Origin: Dehalococcoidia bacterium
Lineage (GTDB): Bacteria; Chloroflexota; Dehalococcoidia; Lucifugimonadales; UBA3495
Assembly (NCBI GenBank): GCA_963665395.2
Contig: OY762251.1
Coordinates: 432,151-496,150, forward strand
DNA length: 64,000 bases
Direction of reading: 5' to 3'
The position numbers and the translations under genes were made by a program. The notes below the pieces were generated by a model. That model was not told the origin of the DNA. It worked only from the letters and a program-made list of their open reading frames with translations, and did no database searches. Positions 27,082 to 37,386 of this stretch are shown here, piece after piece; positions within the stretch are counted from its first letter, which is position 1; every line of letters starts with the position of its first letter.

Positions 27082-29757
27082 ATGGTGCAGGGCGGAGCGG
27101 AAACGCCAACTACACCGGGCGCTTTGTCAGGAATCCGAGTGTTGGACTTCACCTGGGTCCGGGCGGGTCCCTGGTGCACCCGATGGCTGGGGGCGCTGGG
27201 AGCCGAGGTAATCAAGGTTGAATGGCCCCAGAGACCCAACACCCGGGGCGACAACATTGTCACGGGAGCGGGCACCCCCGAGGGCTTCCCCGCCAATCTC
27301 AACACCAACGGCCATTTCAGCGACACCAACGCCAACAAGCTGAGCGTCACCCTGAACACTCGTACCGCCCGGGGCATTGACCTTACCCGGCGCCTGGTGG
27401 CCATGTCCGACATCGTCATCGAAAACTTCGCCTACGGCGTATTGGAGCGGTGGGGCCTGGGCTACGAGGAGATGAAGCAGCTCCGGCCCGACATCATTTA
27501 CCTTTCCATGTCCGGCTTCGGCCACACGGGTCGGGACCGAGACTATCAAACCATGGGAGCCATTGCTCAGGCACTGTCCGGTTTGACCTACACGTCGGGC
27601 CTGCCGGACCAGCCACCCGCCGGTTGGGGCTGGTCCTACCTGGACGACACCGGCGGCTTATACGGGGCCATGTATGCTCTGAGCGCGATTTACCATCGCA
27701 ACCTGACCGGCCAGGGACAGCATATCGACAGTTCCCAGTGGATCCTCGGCGTCCCCCTCAATGGTTCCGCTTTTCTGGACATCCAGGCCAACGGTCGTTC
27801 CACCATGCGAGAGGGTTACCCGCCGGGCAACCGCGCTCACTGGCCCGGCGCGCCCCTGGTTAACAACTACCGGGGGCGCACCGGGGCGCCGCACAACGCT
27901 TACCGGACCAGTCCGGCCGAGCACAACGACTGGTGCGCCATCGCCTGCTTCTCCGACGCTGAGTGGCGGAAATTGGTGGAGGTAATGGGCTCTCCCGGTT
28001 GGGCCGCCGGCGAGCAGTTTGCCACCCTTGACGGTCGCCTGGCGCATCAGGAAGAGCTGGATCAGGGAATAGAGGCGTGGACCAGGACGCTGGGCAAGTA
28101 CGAAATCATGGAGCGGTGCCAGGCGGCCGGAGTGCCCGCCATGCCCGTCCAAAGCAGCCAGGACCGGGTGGACAACGATCCCCAGCTCCGGCACCGAGAG
28201 CTGTACCGGGACGTGGAGCATCCCGCGCTGGGAACCTGGCCCCTTCAAAACGCTCCCTTCAAGATGTCGGAGACGCCGGCGACCAACAGCCGGTCAGGTC
28301 CCCTGATCGGCGGGCACAACAAAGAGGTGTTTCAGGGGTTGTTGGGCATCAGCCACGAGGAGCTGGTGAGCGGCTTTGCCGAAGGCGTCTTCTGGCCCAA
28401 AGACCTCAGCATGGAAGATTATCCCTACTTCAAGGAGATGATCGAGGACGCCTCGCCCGTACAGTGGTGCGGGAACGCGCCGATAGCGAATCCCGCGCCG
28501 GCGCCAGCGCGGACGCCGGACTCGAACTCTGCGGGGGCCTTTGCGAGGCTGCGGGTACTGGAGCTCGCCGATGAGATGGGGCAGTGGTGCGGCAAGCAGA
28601 TGGCCGACATGGGAGCCGACGTCATCAAGATAGAGCCGCCCGGCGGCGCGGCCGCCCGAACCGTGGGCCCCTTCTACCAGGACGTGCCGGATCGGGAGCG
28701 GAGCCTTTACTTCTGGCATTACAACACCTCCAAGCGGGGGATTACCTTGAACCTGGAGACGGAGGACGGGCGCCGGCTGTTCCGGCAAATGGCGGAGCAA
28801 TCGGACGTGATACTGGAGACCTGCCGGCCCGGTTATCTGGCCTCCCTGGGGCTCGGGTACGAAGACCTGGCAACCCGCAACCCTGGACTGATTATGTGCT
28901 CGCTGACCCCCTTCGGGCAGAACGGGCCGTGGCGCGACTTCCAGGCCGGCGACCTGCTGCATCTGGCAGCAGGCGGGCAGATGGCCCGGTGTGGCTATGA
29001 CGACGAAGTAGTCCCCGGCGCGCCCCCCATCGCTCCCGGAGGCGGGCAGGCCTGGCACATCGGAAGCCACTACGCCTACATCGCCATCGCCGCGGCGCTG
29101 GTCAGCCGGTCGGTGACGGCCCGGGGGCAGTACATAGACGCCTCGGTGCATGATGCCTGCGCGCTCACCACCGAGGGCCACGTGAACCAGTACATTTACA
29201 AAGGAAGCGTGGTTCCTCGCCGAACCGGAGGCGGCAACACCAACCTTGGGCCCAACGCCCAGGTCATCTGCAAGGATGGAAAATACGTGAATGTCGGCCA
29301 GGTTACCCCGGAGCGGATCCTGACGCTGGCGCCGTGGCTGGATGAGCGCGGCCTGGCGGGCGACCTGCTGGACGAAAAGTACCAGGATCCAACGGTCATC
29401 GCCGAGAGCCAGTCGCATATTCGCGCAATTTTCGAAAACTTCCTCGCCAACATCCCGCGAGACGAGGCCTACCACGGCTTGCAGCAGCGTAGCTCCAACA
29501 CGGGGGCGATCCGCTCTCCGGACGAGGTCATGCAGGACCCGCACCTGGAGGATCGAGGATTCTGGACGGATGTAGAATACCCGGAACTTGGCAAGACATA
29601 TCGACACCCCGGCCCCGGGGCCATCTTCAACGGCTCACCCTGGCGGATCTCTCGGCGCGCGCCTCTCCTCGGGGAGCACAACGAAGAGGTCCTGTGCGGG
29701 GAGTTGGGACTGTCCCAGGCGGAGTTGGCCGCCCTGGCTGAGGGAGGAGCGGTGTAA
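27082..29757 (+). CDS. Tandem fusion of two family-III CoA-transferase (CaiB/BaiF-type) domains in one 891-aa polypeptide
   Basis: There are two N-terminal signatures: LSGIRVLDFTWVRAGPWCTRWLGALGAEVIKVEWP and FARLRVLELADEMGQWCGKQMADMGADVIKIEPPGG. Each is followed by a full-length domain of about 400 aa. Confidence 0.85.
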   Translation: MVQGGAETPTTPGALSGIRVLDFTWVRAGPWCTRWLGALGAEVIKVEWPQRPNTRGDNIVTGAGTPEGFPANLNTNGHFSDTNANKLSVTLNTRTARGIDLTRRLVAMSDIVIENFAYGVLERWGLGYEEMKQLRPDIIYLSMSGFGHTGRDRDYQTMGAIAQALSGLTYTSGLPDQPPAGWGWSYLDDTGGLYGAMYALSAIYHRNLTGQGQHIDSSQWILGVPLNGSAFLDIQANGRSTMREGYPPGNRAHWPGAPLVNNYRGRTGAPHNAYRTSPAEHNDWCAIACFSDAEWRKLVEVMGSPGWAAGEQFATLDGRLAHQEELDQGIEAWTRTLGKYEIMERCQAAGVPAMPVQSSQDRVDNDPQLRHRELYRDVEHPALGTWPLQNAPFKMSETPATNSRSGPLIGGHNKEVFQGLLGISHEELVSGFAEGVFWPKDLSMEDYPYFKEMIEDASPVQWCGNAPIANPAPAPARTPDSNSAGAFARLRVLELADEMGQWCGKQMADMGADVIKIEPPGGAAARTVGPFYQDVPDRERSLYFWHYNTSKRGITLNLETEDGRRLFRQMAEQSDVILETCRPGYLASLGLGYEDLATRNPGLIMCSLTPFGQNGPWRDFQAGDLLHLAAGGQMARCGYDDEVVPGAPPIAPGGGQAWHIGSHYAYIAIAAALVSRSVTARGQYIDASVHDACALTTEGHVNQYIYKGSVVPRRTGGGNTNLGPNAQVICKDGKYVNVGQVTPERILTLAPWLDERGLAGDLLDEKYQDPTVIAESQSHIRAIFENFLANIPRDEAYHGLQQRSSNTGAIRSPDEVMQDPHLEDRGFWTDVEYPELGKTYRHPGPGAIFNGSPWRISRRAPLLGEHNEEVLCGELGLSQAELAALAEGGAV

Positions 29758-29815
29758 CCCCGGTTTTCCTGCCGCAGCTGGAACCCGGTTCTGTGACCGG
29801 CCTGCCGGGTGTCCC

Positions 29816-30628
29816 TCACAAACACCGCTCCGCCTCGGACCGGATATAGTCGCGGAACTCCTGGGGCAACCCGGCGGCATCGGCGGCCTGGGCGTTCTCC
29901 CGGATGCGCTCCGGGCGGGAGGTGGTGGGTATGGCGGAACTAACGCGACGGTCAGAAATGACCCAGGCCAACAGGGCCTGGGCCCAGGTGTTGATGCCGT
30001 AGTCCCGCAGCGGAGTGAGGTCCGGCTGCTGCTTCAGGTCCAGGACGTAGCGGCCTTTCTGCAACGGCTCCATCACCAGGATGCCGGCGCCCAGTTCCTC
30101 GGCCAGGGGCAGCAGCTCGTCCTCGACACTCCGGTTCAGCACGTTGTAAGGGATCTGGACGGTGTCCACTCGACCCTGGCGCATCAGGTCCATGATGGTG
30201 GGGTAGGCATCAGGCACCATGGCGGACACGCCCAGCATGCCAATCTTGCCTTCGCCCTTGAGTCGCTCCAGGGTGGGGAGGTGGGTCTGCCAGTCGATCA
30301 TGTTATGGACCTGGAAGAGGTCGATGTAGTCAGTTTGCAGCAGTTCGAAGGAACGGGCAATCTGGGCTTCGCCAGCCTCCTTCCCCTCAGTGCGCACCTT
30401 GGTGGCAATATAGAACCGATCTCGACGGTCCTCAGTGATCTCGCCCAGGACCTGCTCCGCCTGGCCGTACCAGGCGGCGGTGTCGATCAGGTTGACGTCG
30501 CTGTCCAGGCAGTTGTCCACGATTTGTCTTCGGACGGCGATCTCAGCGTGGTCGGTAACATCGAAAGTTCGTAAGGTTCCCAAGCCAATGACTGAAACGT
30601 CCAGGTTGCCAAGTTTGCGGTATTCCAT
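29816..30628 (-). CDS. Aldo/keto reductase
   Basis: MEYRKLGNLDVSVIGLGT..., IDTAAWYG, HNMIDW. Length is typical at 270 aa. Confidence 0.75.
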   Translation of the reverse strand: MEYRKLGNLDVSVIGLGTLRTFDVTDHAEIAVRRQIVDNCLDSDVNLIDTAAWYGQAEQVLGEITEDRRDRFYIATKVRTEGKEAGEAQIARSFELLQTDYIDLFQVHNMIDWQTHLPTLERLKGEGKIGMLGVSAMVPDAYPTIMDLMRQGRVDTVQIPYNVLNRSVEDELLPLAEELGAGILVMEPLQKGRYVLDLKQQPDLTPLRDYGINTWAQALLAWVISDRRVSSAIPTTSRPERIRENAQAADAAGLPQEFRDYIRSEAERCL

Positions 30629-30831
30629 CTTTTATTGACCTCGCCCGAGTGTCTAATGCAAACATGTACATGGGGGATGCGCGGGATTTGTCCTCGTCGG
30701 TTGTACCACTTACCATGCTAGTCCGGCCAGTCCCAAACAAGTCTCAGAGCGCGGCACAGCTCGTTGTTCCCGCTCCTACCGGATTCCAAGACAGGTTTGT
30801 CAGCGCGAAACGAACCGAAGGTGCATGAACC

Positions 30832-31668
30832 ATGGCCCAAACGACCACGCTGGATGAATTGATCGGCAAGTTCGAGGTGCTCCTGTTCGATTCCGACGGT
30901 GTCCTGGCTCGGTGGCCGGGCGTGGTTCCGGGTGCTCCGGAAGCCATCGACCGACTCAATTCGCTGAACAAGCCCTATGTCGTCCTGACCAACGATGCCT
31001 CCGCGCTTCCTGAGACCCGCGCTGTACGGTACCGTGAGCTGGGGTTGGACATAGCTGCTGATCAAATCATAACCGCAGGGTCCCTGCTAACTGCCCACTT
31101 CTCAGAACTTGGCATCACCGGTTCGAGATGCGTGGTGTTGGGAACGGAAGACAGCGCCGACTACGTGCGAGCAGCTGGCGGAGAGGTGGTTTCGTTTGAG
31201 GACGATTTCGATGTGCTGGTGATCGGCGACCAATTGGGCTTTCCGTTTCTGGAGGCTACCGGGAAGGTTTTGACGAGCTTGTTCCGGAAATTAGACCGGG
31301 GCGAAACGCCCCACCTCGTGCTGCCGAACCCAGACGTGATATATCCGGAAGGTGACGGCTACGGCTTCGCCAGCGGCGCGGTGGCGTTGATGTTTGAGTC
31401 CGCCATGGCGCTCCGGTATCCCGCCCGGAACGACCTTGCGTTCCGTCGGTTGGGCAAGCCTCATCCCGCCATGTTCGAAGAGGCGTTCCGCCGCACTGGG
31501 ACCCGAGATGCGGTGATGATCGGAGATACGCCGGGCGCCGACATCAGAGGAGCCAACCAAGTGGGGATAGCGTCGGCGCTGATGGGAACCGGGGTCGCGA
31601 TTGCCGATCCGTCCCAGCTCCCGGAGACGGACAGACCCACATATCTAATGACATCCCTTATACCTTGA
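30832..31668 (+). CDS. HAD-superfamily hydrolase, subfamily IIA-like
   Basis: LLFDSDGVL (DxDG), VVLTNDAS, GKPHP and IGDTPGADIRGA motifs. Confidence 0.75.
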   Translation: MAQTTTLDELIGKFEVLLFDSDGVLARWPGVVPGAPEAIDRLNSLNKPYVVLTNDASALPETRAVRYRELGLDIAADQIITAGSLLTAHFSELGITGSRCVVLGTEDSADYVRAAGGEVVSFEDDFDVLVIGDQLGFPFLEATGKVLTSLFRKLDRGETPHLVLPNPDVIYPEGDGYGFASGAVALMFESAMALRYPARNDLAFRRLGKPHPAMFEEAFRRTGTRDAVMIGDTPGADIRGANQVGIASALMGTGVAIADPSQLPETDRPTYLMTSLIP

Positions 31669-31825
31669 CCGGGCGGCCCGGCAAAAGCGTCGATTGACGG
31701 AAAGCGAGTACGTGCGAGACGTAACCGGCTCTGGACGGCCACGCGCCGGCGGAGTATCTTGCGGCTTGGCGCCCCCGTGCTGAGGTTTCAGCAACATGAC
31801 CTAAGAGCAACGACGAGGTTGAATC

Positions 31826-33181
31826 ATGCCTGAACTCCACGAGCTTTCGGTGGCAGAAGCCGCCGCGCAGATTCGCGAAGGAACCCTGTCGCCGGTGGCG
31901 CTGGCGGAGTCGCTGCTGGCGCGCATCGACGCGCTGGACGGCGACCTGAAGGCGTGGGTAACCATCGACCGGGACGCGGCGCTGTCGGCGGCGCAGCAAC
32001 GGGAAGCGGAAGTCCAACGGGGCAGCCAACTCGGTCCGATCCACGGCGTACCCGTGGGCCTGAAGGACATTTTTTACACTCAAGGCATGCTCACCGCTTG
32101 CGGCTCGAAGGTGTACGCCGACTTCGTGCCGGAATACGACGCGACATCGGTTGCCAAAATCAAAGCGGCCGGCGGGATCATCCTGGGCAAGGCGGTCACC
32201 ACCGAGTTCGCCTCGGGCGACCCCTCGCCGACGCGGAACCCGTGGCACCTGGAGCACACCCCCGGCGGCTCCAGCAGCGGGTCGTCTGCGGCGGTGGCGG
32301 CGCGGATGGTTCCGGCCGCTCTCGGTTCGCAGACCGGCGGGTCCACCTGCCGGCCGGCGGCCTACAACGGCATTGTCGGTGTGAAGGCCACCTACGGGCG
32401 GATCTCCCGGTACGGCGTGGCCCCGTTGAGCTGGTCGCTGGACCACGTGGGCATCCTGACCCGAACGGTGGCCGATGGCGCGCTGCTGCTGACCGTGCTG
32501 AGCGGCGCGGACGACAATGACCCCGGCAGCCTGCGCGAACCCGTGTCCGACTTCAGCGCGCAGATGGCGGAGCACGACCGGCCCCCGCGCATCGGGCTGG
32601 TGCGGCAGTATTACCAGGACTATGCCACGCCGGAGATCTGGGCGCACACCGAGGCCGTGGCCAATCAACTGGCGGAAGCCGGGGCTGAAGTCGAGGAAAT
32701 ACCGTTGCCCGACAGCTTCGCCGTGGTGCACAGCTTCCAGCGCATCGTGTCGAACGTCGAGTGCGCGGGAGTCCACCAGGTCAATCACCGCGTTCGCGCC
32801 GCCGACTACGGCCCGCGCATCCGCGCCGGCATGGAAATGGGCATGATCATGCCCACGTCGGCGTACCTGAAAGCCCAGCGGCTGCGACGACAATTCCGCG
32901 CCGACTTCAGCGAGATGGTCGCCAAGGTAGATGTCGTGATGACGCCGGCGATACCGGCCCCGGCTCCCCGGGATCTGAACACCACCGGCGATGCGGCGTT
33001 CCAGGTGCCGTGGACGGCCGCCGGGTTGCCCACGGTGGTGGTCTCGACGGGCCTGAGCGAAGGGGGGATGCCCATGGCGGTGCAATTCGGCGGGCCGTGG
33101 GCCCAGGAGGGTAGAGTCCTGGGCGCGGCGCAGTGGTGCGAGCGGATTGCCGGGTTGAACCAGGCGCCGCCCATCGGTTGA
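31826..33181 (+). CDS. Amidase-signature enzyme (GatA-like amidase)
   Basis: GVPVGLKD, GGSSSGSSAAVAA, and length 451 aa. Confidence 0.85.
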   Translation: MPELHELSVAEAAAQIREGTLSPVALAESLLARIDALDGDLKAWVTIDRDAALSAAQQREAEVQRGSQLGPIHGVPVGLKDIFYTQGMLTACGSKVYADFVPEYDATSVAKIKAAGGIILGKAVTTEFASGDPSPTRNPWHLEHTPGGSSSGSSAAVAARMVPAALGSQTGGSTCRPAAYNGIVGVKATYGRISRYGVAPLSWSLDHVGILTRTVADGALLLTVLSGADDNDPGSLREPVSDFSAQMAEHDRPPRIGLVRQYYQDYATPEIWAHTEAVANQLAEAGAEVEEIPLPDSFAVVHSFQRIVSNVECAGVHQVNHRVRAADYGPRIRAGMEMGMIMPTSAYLKAQRLRRQFRADFSEMVAKVDVVMTPAIPAPAPRDLNTTGDAAFQVPWTAAGLPTVVVSTGLSEGGMPMAVQFGGPWAQEGRVLGAAQWCERIAGLNQAPPIG

Positions 33182-33237
33182 CATCCTCATCTTGATGAAC
33201 GGCATCGCGGGCCCAAGAGGATACAGGAGGAAATACC

Positions 33238-33663
33238 ATGGGAACACTGAACGCAGCAGAGGTGGATGAATTTCTGTCCCAGCCCCGGACGGCGCAGTTG
33301 GTCACCATGTATGCCTCCGGAACTCCCCACGTGGCGCCGGTTTGGTTCCTTTGGGATAACGGTCAGGCTTTGGTGATGGCAGACAGAGGGGCGGTGAAGG
33401 TGCGCAACATTCGCCGCAATCCCGCCGTGTCCCTGTGCGTCTGCACCCCGGATCACCCCTATTCTTTTGTGACCATCGAGGGCACGGCCAGCATCACCGA
33501 CCGCGGGCTGGACGACATGGTGCGCCGAACCTGCGTCCTCTACGAAGCAGAGGAGCGCGGCGCCGAGTTCGCCGCGGAACTTCTGGCCGACCAACGGTTG
33601 ACCCTGATCGTCATTTCCCCCGGTCGTTTCATCTCCTGGAAAGAGGACGACGAAGTTGATTAG
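33238..33663 (+). CDS. Pyridoxamine 5'-phosphate oxidase-family (PPOX / F420- or FMN-binding split-barrel) protein
   Basis: FLSQPRTAQLVTMYASGTPHVAPVWFLWD...VKVRNIRRNPAVSL pattern; 141 aa. Confidence 0.65.
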   Translation: MGTLNAAEVDEFLSQPRTAQLVTMYASGTPHVAPVWFLWDNGQALVMADRGAVKVRNIRRNPAVSLCVCTPDHPYSFVTIEGTASITDRGLDDMVRRTCVLYEAEERGAEFAAELLADQRLTLIVISPGRFISWKEDDEVD

Positions 33664-34868
33664 ATAACCCTGGCCGCCCGCAGCAGTCCCAGGTCCCGGA
33701 CTGTAAGTCCTAGCTCGCCACACAGAATTTCGACGTTGTGCTCGCCCAGCCGGGGCGCCGGTCGGGCCGCTGCCATGGCGTTTTCTCCGTCGATAAAGAA
33801 TCCCGAACCCGGGTATTGCAACGGGCCAGCCTCGGCATGGTCCAGCTCGACGAAGAACCCGCGCTCTTCCAGGTGCGGCGATTCCACCACCTGCTGCGGC
33901 GTCTGCACCAGCCCTACGACCAGGCCCCGGGCCATGGTCTCCCGCATCAAGTCCAGGTTGTTCCACTGGGCCAGCTTGGGGGCCACCAGTCCATGCAGCT
34001 CCTCCCAATGTTCCATCCGGCCGGCGCGGGAGGCGAACTTGGAATCCAGCAAGCCCGGTTCCTCCAGGAACTCCGCCCACACCTCCATGGGACGTCCGCC
34101 GGTGCCCGCCGTGGTGAGCGTTACTTCCCCGTCCCGGGTGGGCAGGTGCATCCCGTCCATTACGTTGCCGTCGCTGCCGCCCCGGTGGGGATTGCGTCCG
34201 GTGTAGGTGTAGGGGTGAATCAGCCCGGAGGGGGTACTGACGGCGGCCTCCATGGTCGAGACGTCGATGTGGGCGCCTTTTCCGGACTGCTCCCGGCGCA
34301 ACAGCGCGGCCATTGCCGCCACCGCGCCGTTGCGGGCGGCGGTAATCTCCATTTGCTGCAAGGCCGTGCCCATGGGCGGTTGGCTGGCCGAGCCGGTTAC
34401 CGCGTAAAGGTAGCCCCCCATGGCCTGCGCTACCAGGTCATCGCCCTGGTAGCCGGCGTATGGCCCGTCCTGGCCGAAATAGGTGATGGAAACCAGGATC
34501 AAGCCGGGGTTGGATTGGGACAGCCCTTCATAGCCCAATCCCAGTTCCGCCAGCCGCCCCGGTGGGTAGCTCTCAACGACAATATCCGCAGTGGCGGCCA
34601 ATCGCTCGAAAAGCTCCCGGCCTGCCGCCTGCTCCACGTCCAGCGTGATGCCCCGCTTGTTGGTATTGAAGGCAAGGAAGGCGGTGCCCCGGTCGGGATG
34701 GGGAACCTCGTCAATAAAGGGCGGTTCGTGGCGGGCTTGGTCGCCCCAGCCCGGCGGCTCAACCTTGATGGCGTCCGCGCCCTGGTCGGCCAGCAGCTTG
34801 GCGCAATAGGCGCCCGAGGGCCGGTGGGTCAGTTCCAGTACGCGCAATTCGGCAAGTATTCCGGGCAT
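33660..34868 (-). CDS. Family-III CoA-transferase (CaiB/BaiF-type)
   Basis: LAELRVLELTHRPSGAYCAKLLADQGADAIKVEPPGWGD; 402 aa. Confidence 0.85.
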   Translation of the reverse strand: MPGILAELRVLELTHRPSGAYCAKLLADQGADAIKVEPPGWGDQARHEPPFIDEVPHPDRGTAFLAFNTNKRGITLDVEQAAGRELFERLAATADIVVESYPPGRLAELGLGYEGLSQSNPGLILVSITYFGQDGPYAGYQGDDLVAQAMGGYLYAVTGSASQPPMGTALQQMEITAARNGAVAAMAALLRREQSGKGAHIDVSTMEAAVSTPSGLIHPYTYTGRNPHRGGSDGNVMDGMHLPTRDGEVTLTTAGTGGRPMEVWAEFLEEPGLLDSKFASRAGRMEHWEELHGLVAPKLAQWNNLDLMRETMARGLVVGLVQTPQQVVESPHLEERGFFVELDHAEAGPLQYPGSGFFIDGENAMAAARPAPRLGEHNVEILCGELGLTVRDLGLLRAARVI

Positions 34869-34912
34869 GGTCGCTCCAACAATTGCTTATCCATGAATGC
34901 TAGGCCCTCATC

Positions 34913-35043
34913 GTACCCACTTTCCGCAAACTGTCATTGCGAGCGCAGCGTGGCAATCTCGTCGGGGTAACGGGCGTCGCTGCGGCAACGAGATTGCCAC
35001 GTCGCTACGCTCCTCGCAATGACAGGCTGGGGAAAGTGGGTAC
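34913..35043. repeat. MITE-like palindromic element (family D) between two CoA-transferase genes
   Basis: Long imperfect inverted repeat gtacccactttcc....ctgtcattgcgagcgcagcgtggcaatctcgt / acgagattgccacgtcgctacgctcctcgcaatgacag....ggaaagtgggtac. Confidence 0.7.
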
Positions 35044-35088
35044 GCATGAGCTGCTCTTCGCGATTGTTAGTCCGCCCTGGCGCGTGAA

Positions 35089-36348
35089 TTACGGCCTGGG
35101 TTCGTCGGGCCGGGGCGCGCCGAAAATCACGCCTTCGGATTCCAGTTCCCCGATTTCGGCCGGCGACAACCCGGCCAGCTCGGCCAATATGGCCGCGTTG
35201 TCCTGCCCCAATTGCGCAACCTTCGCAATTGACATGGGATTGCCGGGATCTCGGAAGGGGCGTCCGGCGAAAACACGGGATCCAACGGCGGGGGCCTGCG
35301 AGTTGGCGAACTCCCACAGATAGCCCCGTTCCCGCAGATGAGAGTCGTTCACCAGGTCCTGGGCGGTCATCGCCGAGCCGGCGGCGATGCCCACGCCTTG
35401 CAACTTCCGCGCCAATTCCAGGTCGTCGCGCTGGGAGGTCCAGTCGCCGATTAGCTCGTCCAGTTCATGGCGGTGGCGCCAGCGGGCTAAAGCCGTGCCG
35501 AATTTGGCATCCTCGGCCCACCGGGGCCGGCCCATTGCTCCCTTCAGCGCTTCCCATTCCGCGTCGGACGACACGACAATAACTATCCAACGGTCGTCGC
35601 CCCGGGCCGGATACACGTTGTGCGGCGCCTTCCACCAGTGGGCGCAGCCCAAGCGGTCGCGGGTTATGCCCCGCTGCGCCTCCAGGATGGCCGGCCCTAC
35701 CGCCGAAACCCCGGTTTCCAGCATGGTAAGGTCAACCCGCATACCCTGGCCCGTCTTGTTGCGCCGGTACAGGGCCAGCAGCAGAGCGTAGGCCACGTTG
35801 TTGCCCACGGAATGATCCATGTAGTTGGGGCTGGCCCGCTGGGAAGGGCCGCCCTCGTAGCCGGTCAGGTAGGACAAACCACAGGCGGCGTCAACGGTGC
35901 GGGCCCGGGAGCCGGCCCGCCGCCAGGGTCCGGTGTACCCGTAAGCGGTGCTGCTGAGGGTAATGATGCGGGGGTTGATTGCGGAGAGGCTGTCATGGTC
36001 GAACCCGAACCGCTGCATGGTGCCGGGACGGAAGTTGTCGGTCACGATGTCGGCCTGCTCCACCAGCTTGAGAAAGACTTCCTTGCCCCGGGGGTGGGTC
36101 ACGACCATGCACAGGCTGCGCTTGTTGCGGGCGCCGTAATAGACCATGTTGCCGGCTTCGTTCCACCACTCTTCACCCGGAGTTCCTTCGGGAAAGGGGC
36201 CGGCTTTGCGATCCTGCAGGTGGTCCGGGCTTTCGACGCGGATGACGTCGGCGCCCAAATCCGCAAGGAATCCCGTCCCCCACGGCAGCGCGTGCACCTG
36301 CTCCAGGCTAAGGACTCTAACCCCGTCGAGAATTCCCGGCTCCGCCAT
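35089..36348 (-). CDS. Family-III CoA-transferase (CaiB/BaiF-type)
   Basis: LDGVRVLSLEQVHALPWGTGFLADLGADVIRVESP; 419 aa. Confidence 0.85.
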   Translation of the reverse strand: MAEPGILDGVRVLSLEQVHALPWGTGFLADLGADVIRVESPDHLQDRKAGPFPEGTPGEEWWNEAGNMVYYGARNKRSLCMVVTHPRGKEVFLKLVEQADIVTDNFRPGTMQRFGFDHDSLSAINPRIITLSSTAYGYTGPWRRAGSRARTVDAACGLSYLTGYEGGPSQRASPNYMDHSVGNNVAYALLLALYRRNKTGQGMRVDLTMLETGVSAVGPAILEAQRGITRDRLGCAHWWKAPHNVYPARGDDRWIVIVVSSDAEWEALKGAMGRPRWAEDAKFGTALARWRHRHELDELIGDWTSQRDDLELARKLQGVGIAAGSAMTAQDLVNDSHLRERGYLWEFANSQAPAVGSRVFAGRPFRDPGNPMSIAKVAQLGQDNAAILAELAGLSPAEIGELESEGVIFGAPRPDEPRP

Positions 36349-36460
36349 TGCGCCTAGACCTCCATTTGCCGCTGCTGCCCCGAAGCGTTTGACCGGCCCA
36401 ATAATAGTCCAGGCCGGGGAGCAAGTCCACTTGGCCCGTCACCCCGTACCAATCCCGTCA

Positions 36461-36479
36461 CCCCGTACTTGATACGGGG
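36461..36479. repeat. 19-nt palindromic REP-like hairpin (family C), ccccgta-N5-tacgggg
   Basis: ccccgtacttgatacgggg. The same hairpin occurs at 37674..37692 and 47625..47643, with loops cttga, tcaag and catga. Confidence 0.7.
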
Positions 36480-36518
36480 CCCAAAAACCCTGATTCTGAC
36501 GCGGCGATGCCGCCGACG

Positions 36519-37290
36519 CTACTTCGACACCGCCGTCACCTTGAACTTGAAGGACTCTGCGGGACTGACGGCATTCCATGAAACCGTATTGATGGTGTTA
36601 CCAGACCCACGTTTCGCTGCGTCGCCGATGCTCCATCCCCCACTGCCGGTCTGGCCGTTCGAGGCAGTCCAGGTCAGGTTGTAGAGGTCGGTGTTGTGGC
36701 TGCCGCTGGCCGAGTGCATCACCAGCCAGTAGGTAGTGTTCCGCCAGGTCGCACGTATCCGAGCAGGTGAACTCGTAATCGCCCGCAGTAGTCGGGTTGC
36801 TTCCGTTCAGAGTCGCGACCGGGGTGTTGCCATCGGGACGATTGCTGGAGTGGTTGGAGTGGATTGCCACGGTGAGCGCGCCGGGCGAGCCGGTGTGGCG
36901 GCGAACTTGACGGTTGCACTGTGCAGGGTGTAGCCACCGCTATTGGAACCCGTGGCAAAGGAGTTCGCCACGTTCCTCCGCGACGTCCCGCCGCCGGCCC
37001 AGTAGATTTCCTGCGGATTGTTGCTGGCGGTCTCGTTGAGGTTGCTCACCGACTCCGACGTGGTGAAAGTTACCGTGGCGATTTCGTCCGCGCTGTTGCA
37101 GCCGTCCTTGGAGTACGCCTTGTAGGTGTAGGTCGTGTCGGCAGTCAGGGCGCTCAGGCTCTCGGTCGCCGTCGTTCCCTTGGACTTGCAGGCCTGGTTG
37201 GCGATGTCGGTGCGTTTCAGCCACCACTCCCCCGAGTAGTGCGACAGCGTGAGCGTCGCCGATGTCGTCGTGACGCTCGACGGTGCAAGC
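36519..37290 (-). pseudogene. C-terminal remnant of a third surface-protein gene (one Cys-FN3-like repeat plus one 170-aa module); cut by IS630 and carrying two frameshifts
   Basis: Own translation from the IS630 border: LAPSSVTTTSATLTLSHYSGEWWLKRTDIANQACKSKG..TTYTYKAYSKDGCNSADEIATVTFTT..FATGSNSGGYTLHSATVKF. A frame shift near 36890 leads to GSPGALTVAIHSN..YEFTCSDTCDLAE. A second shift near 36748 leads to NTTYWLVMHSAS..GGWSIGD..FKFKVTAVSK*. TAG lies in frame immediately upstream of the junction. Confidence 0.75.
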
Positions 37291-37386
37291 TAGTACTTGG
37301 TCAACGTTGTATCGTCAGATAAAGGATAAAATGGGCCACAGTCGCTACTCTGACGGTCAAGCAGTGGTACGGGAGGTGCAGCAGCC

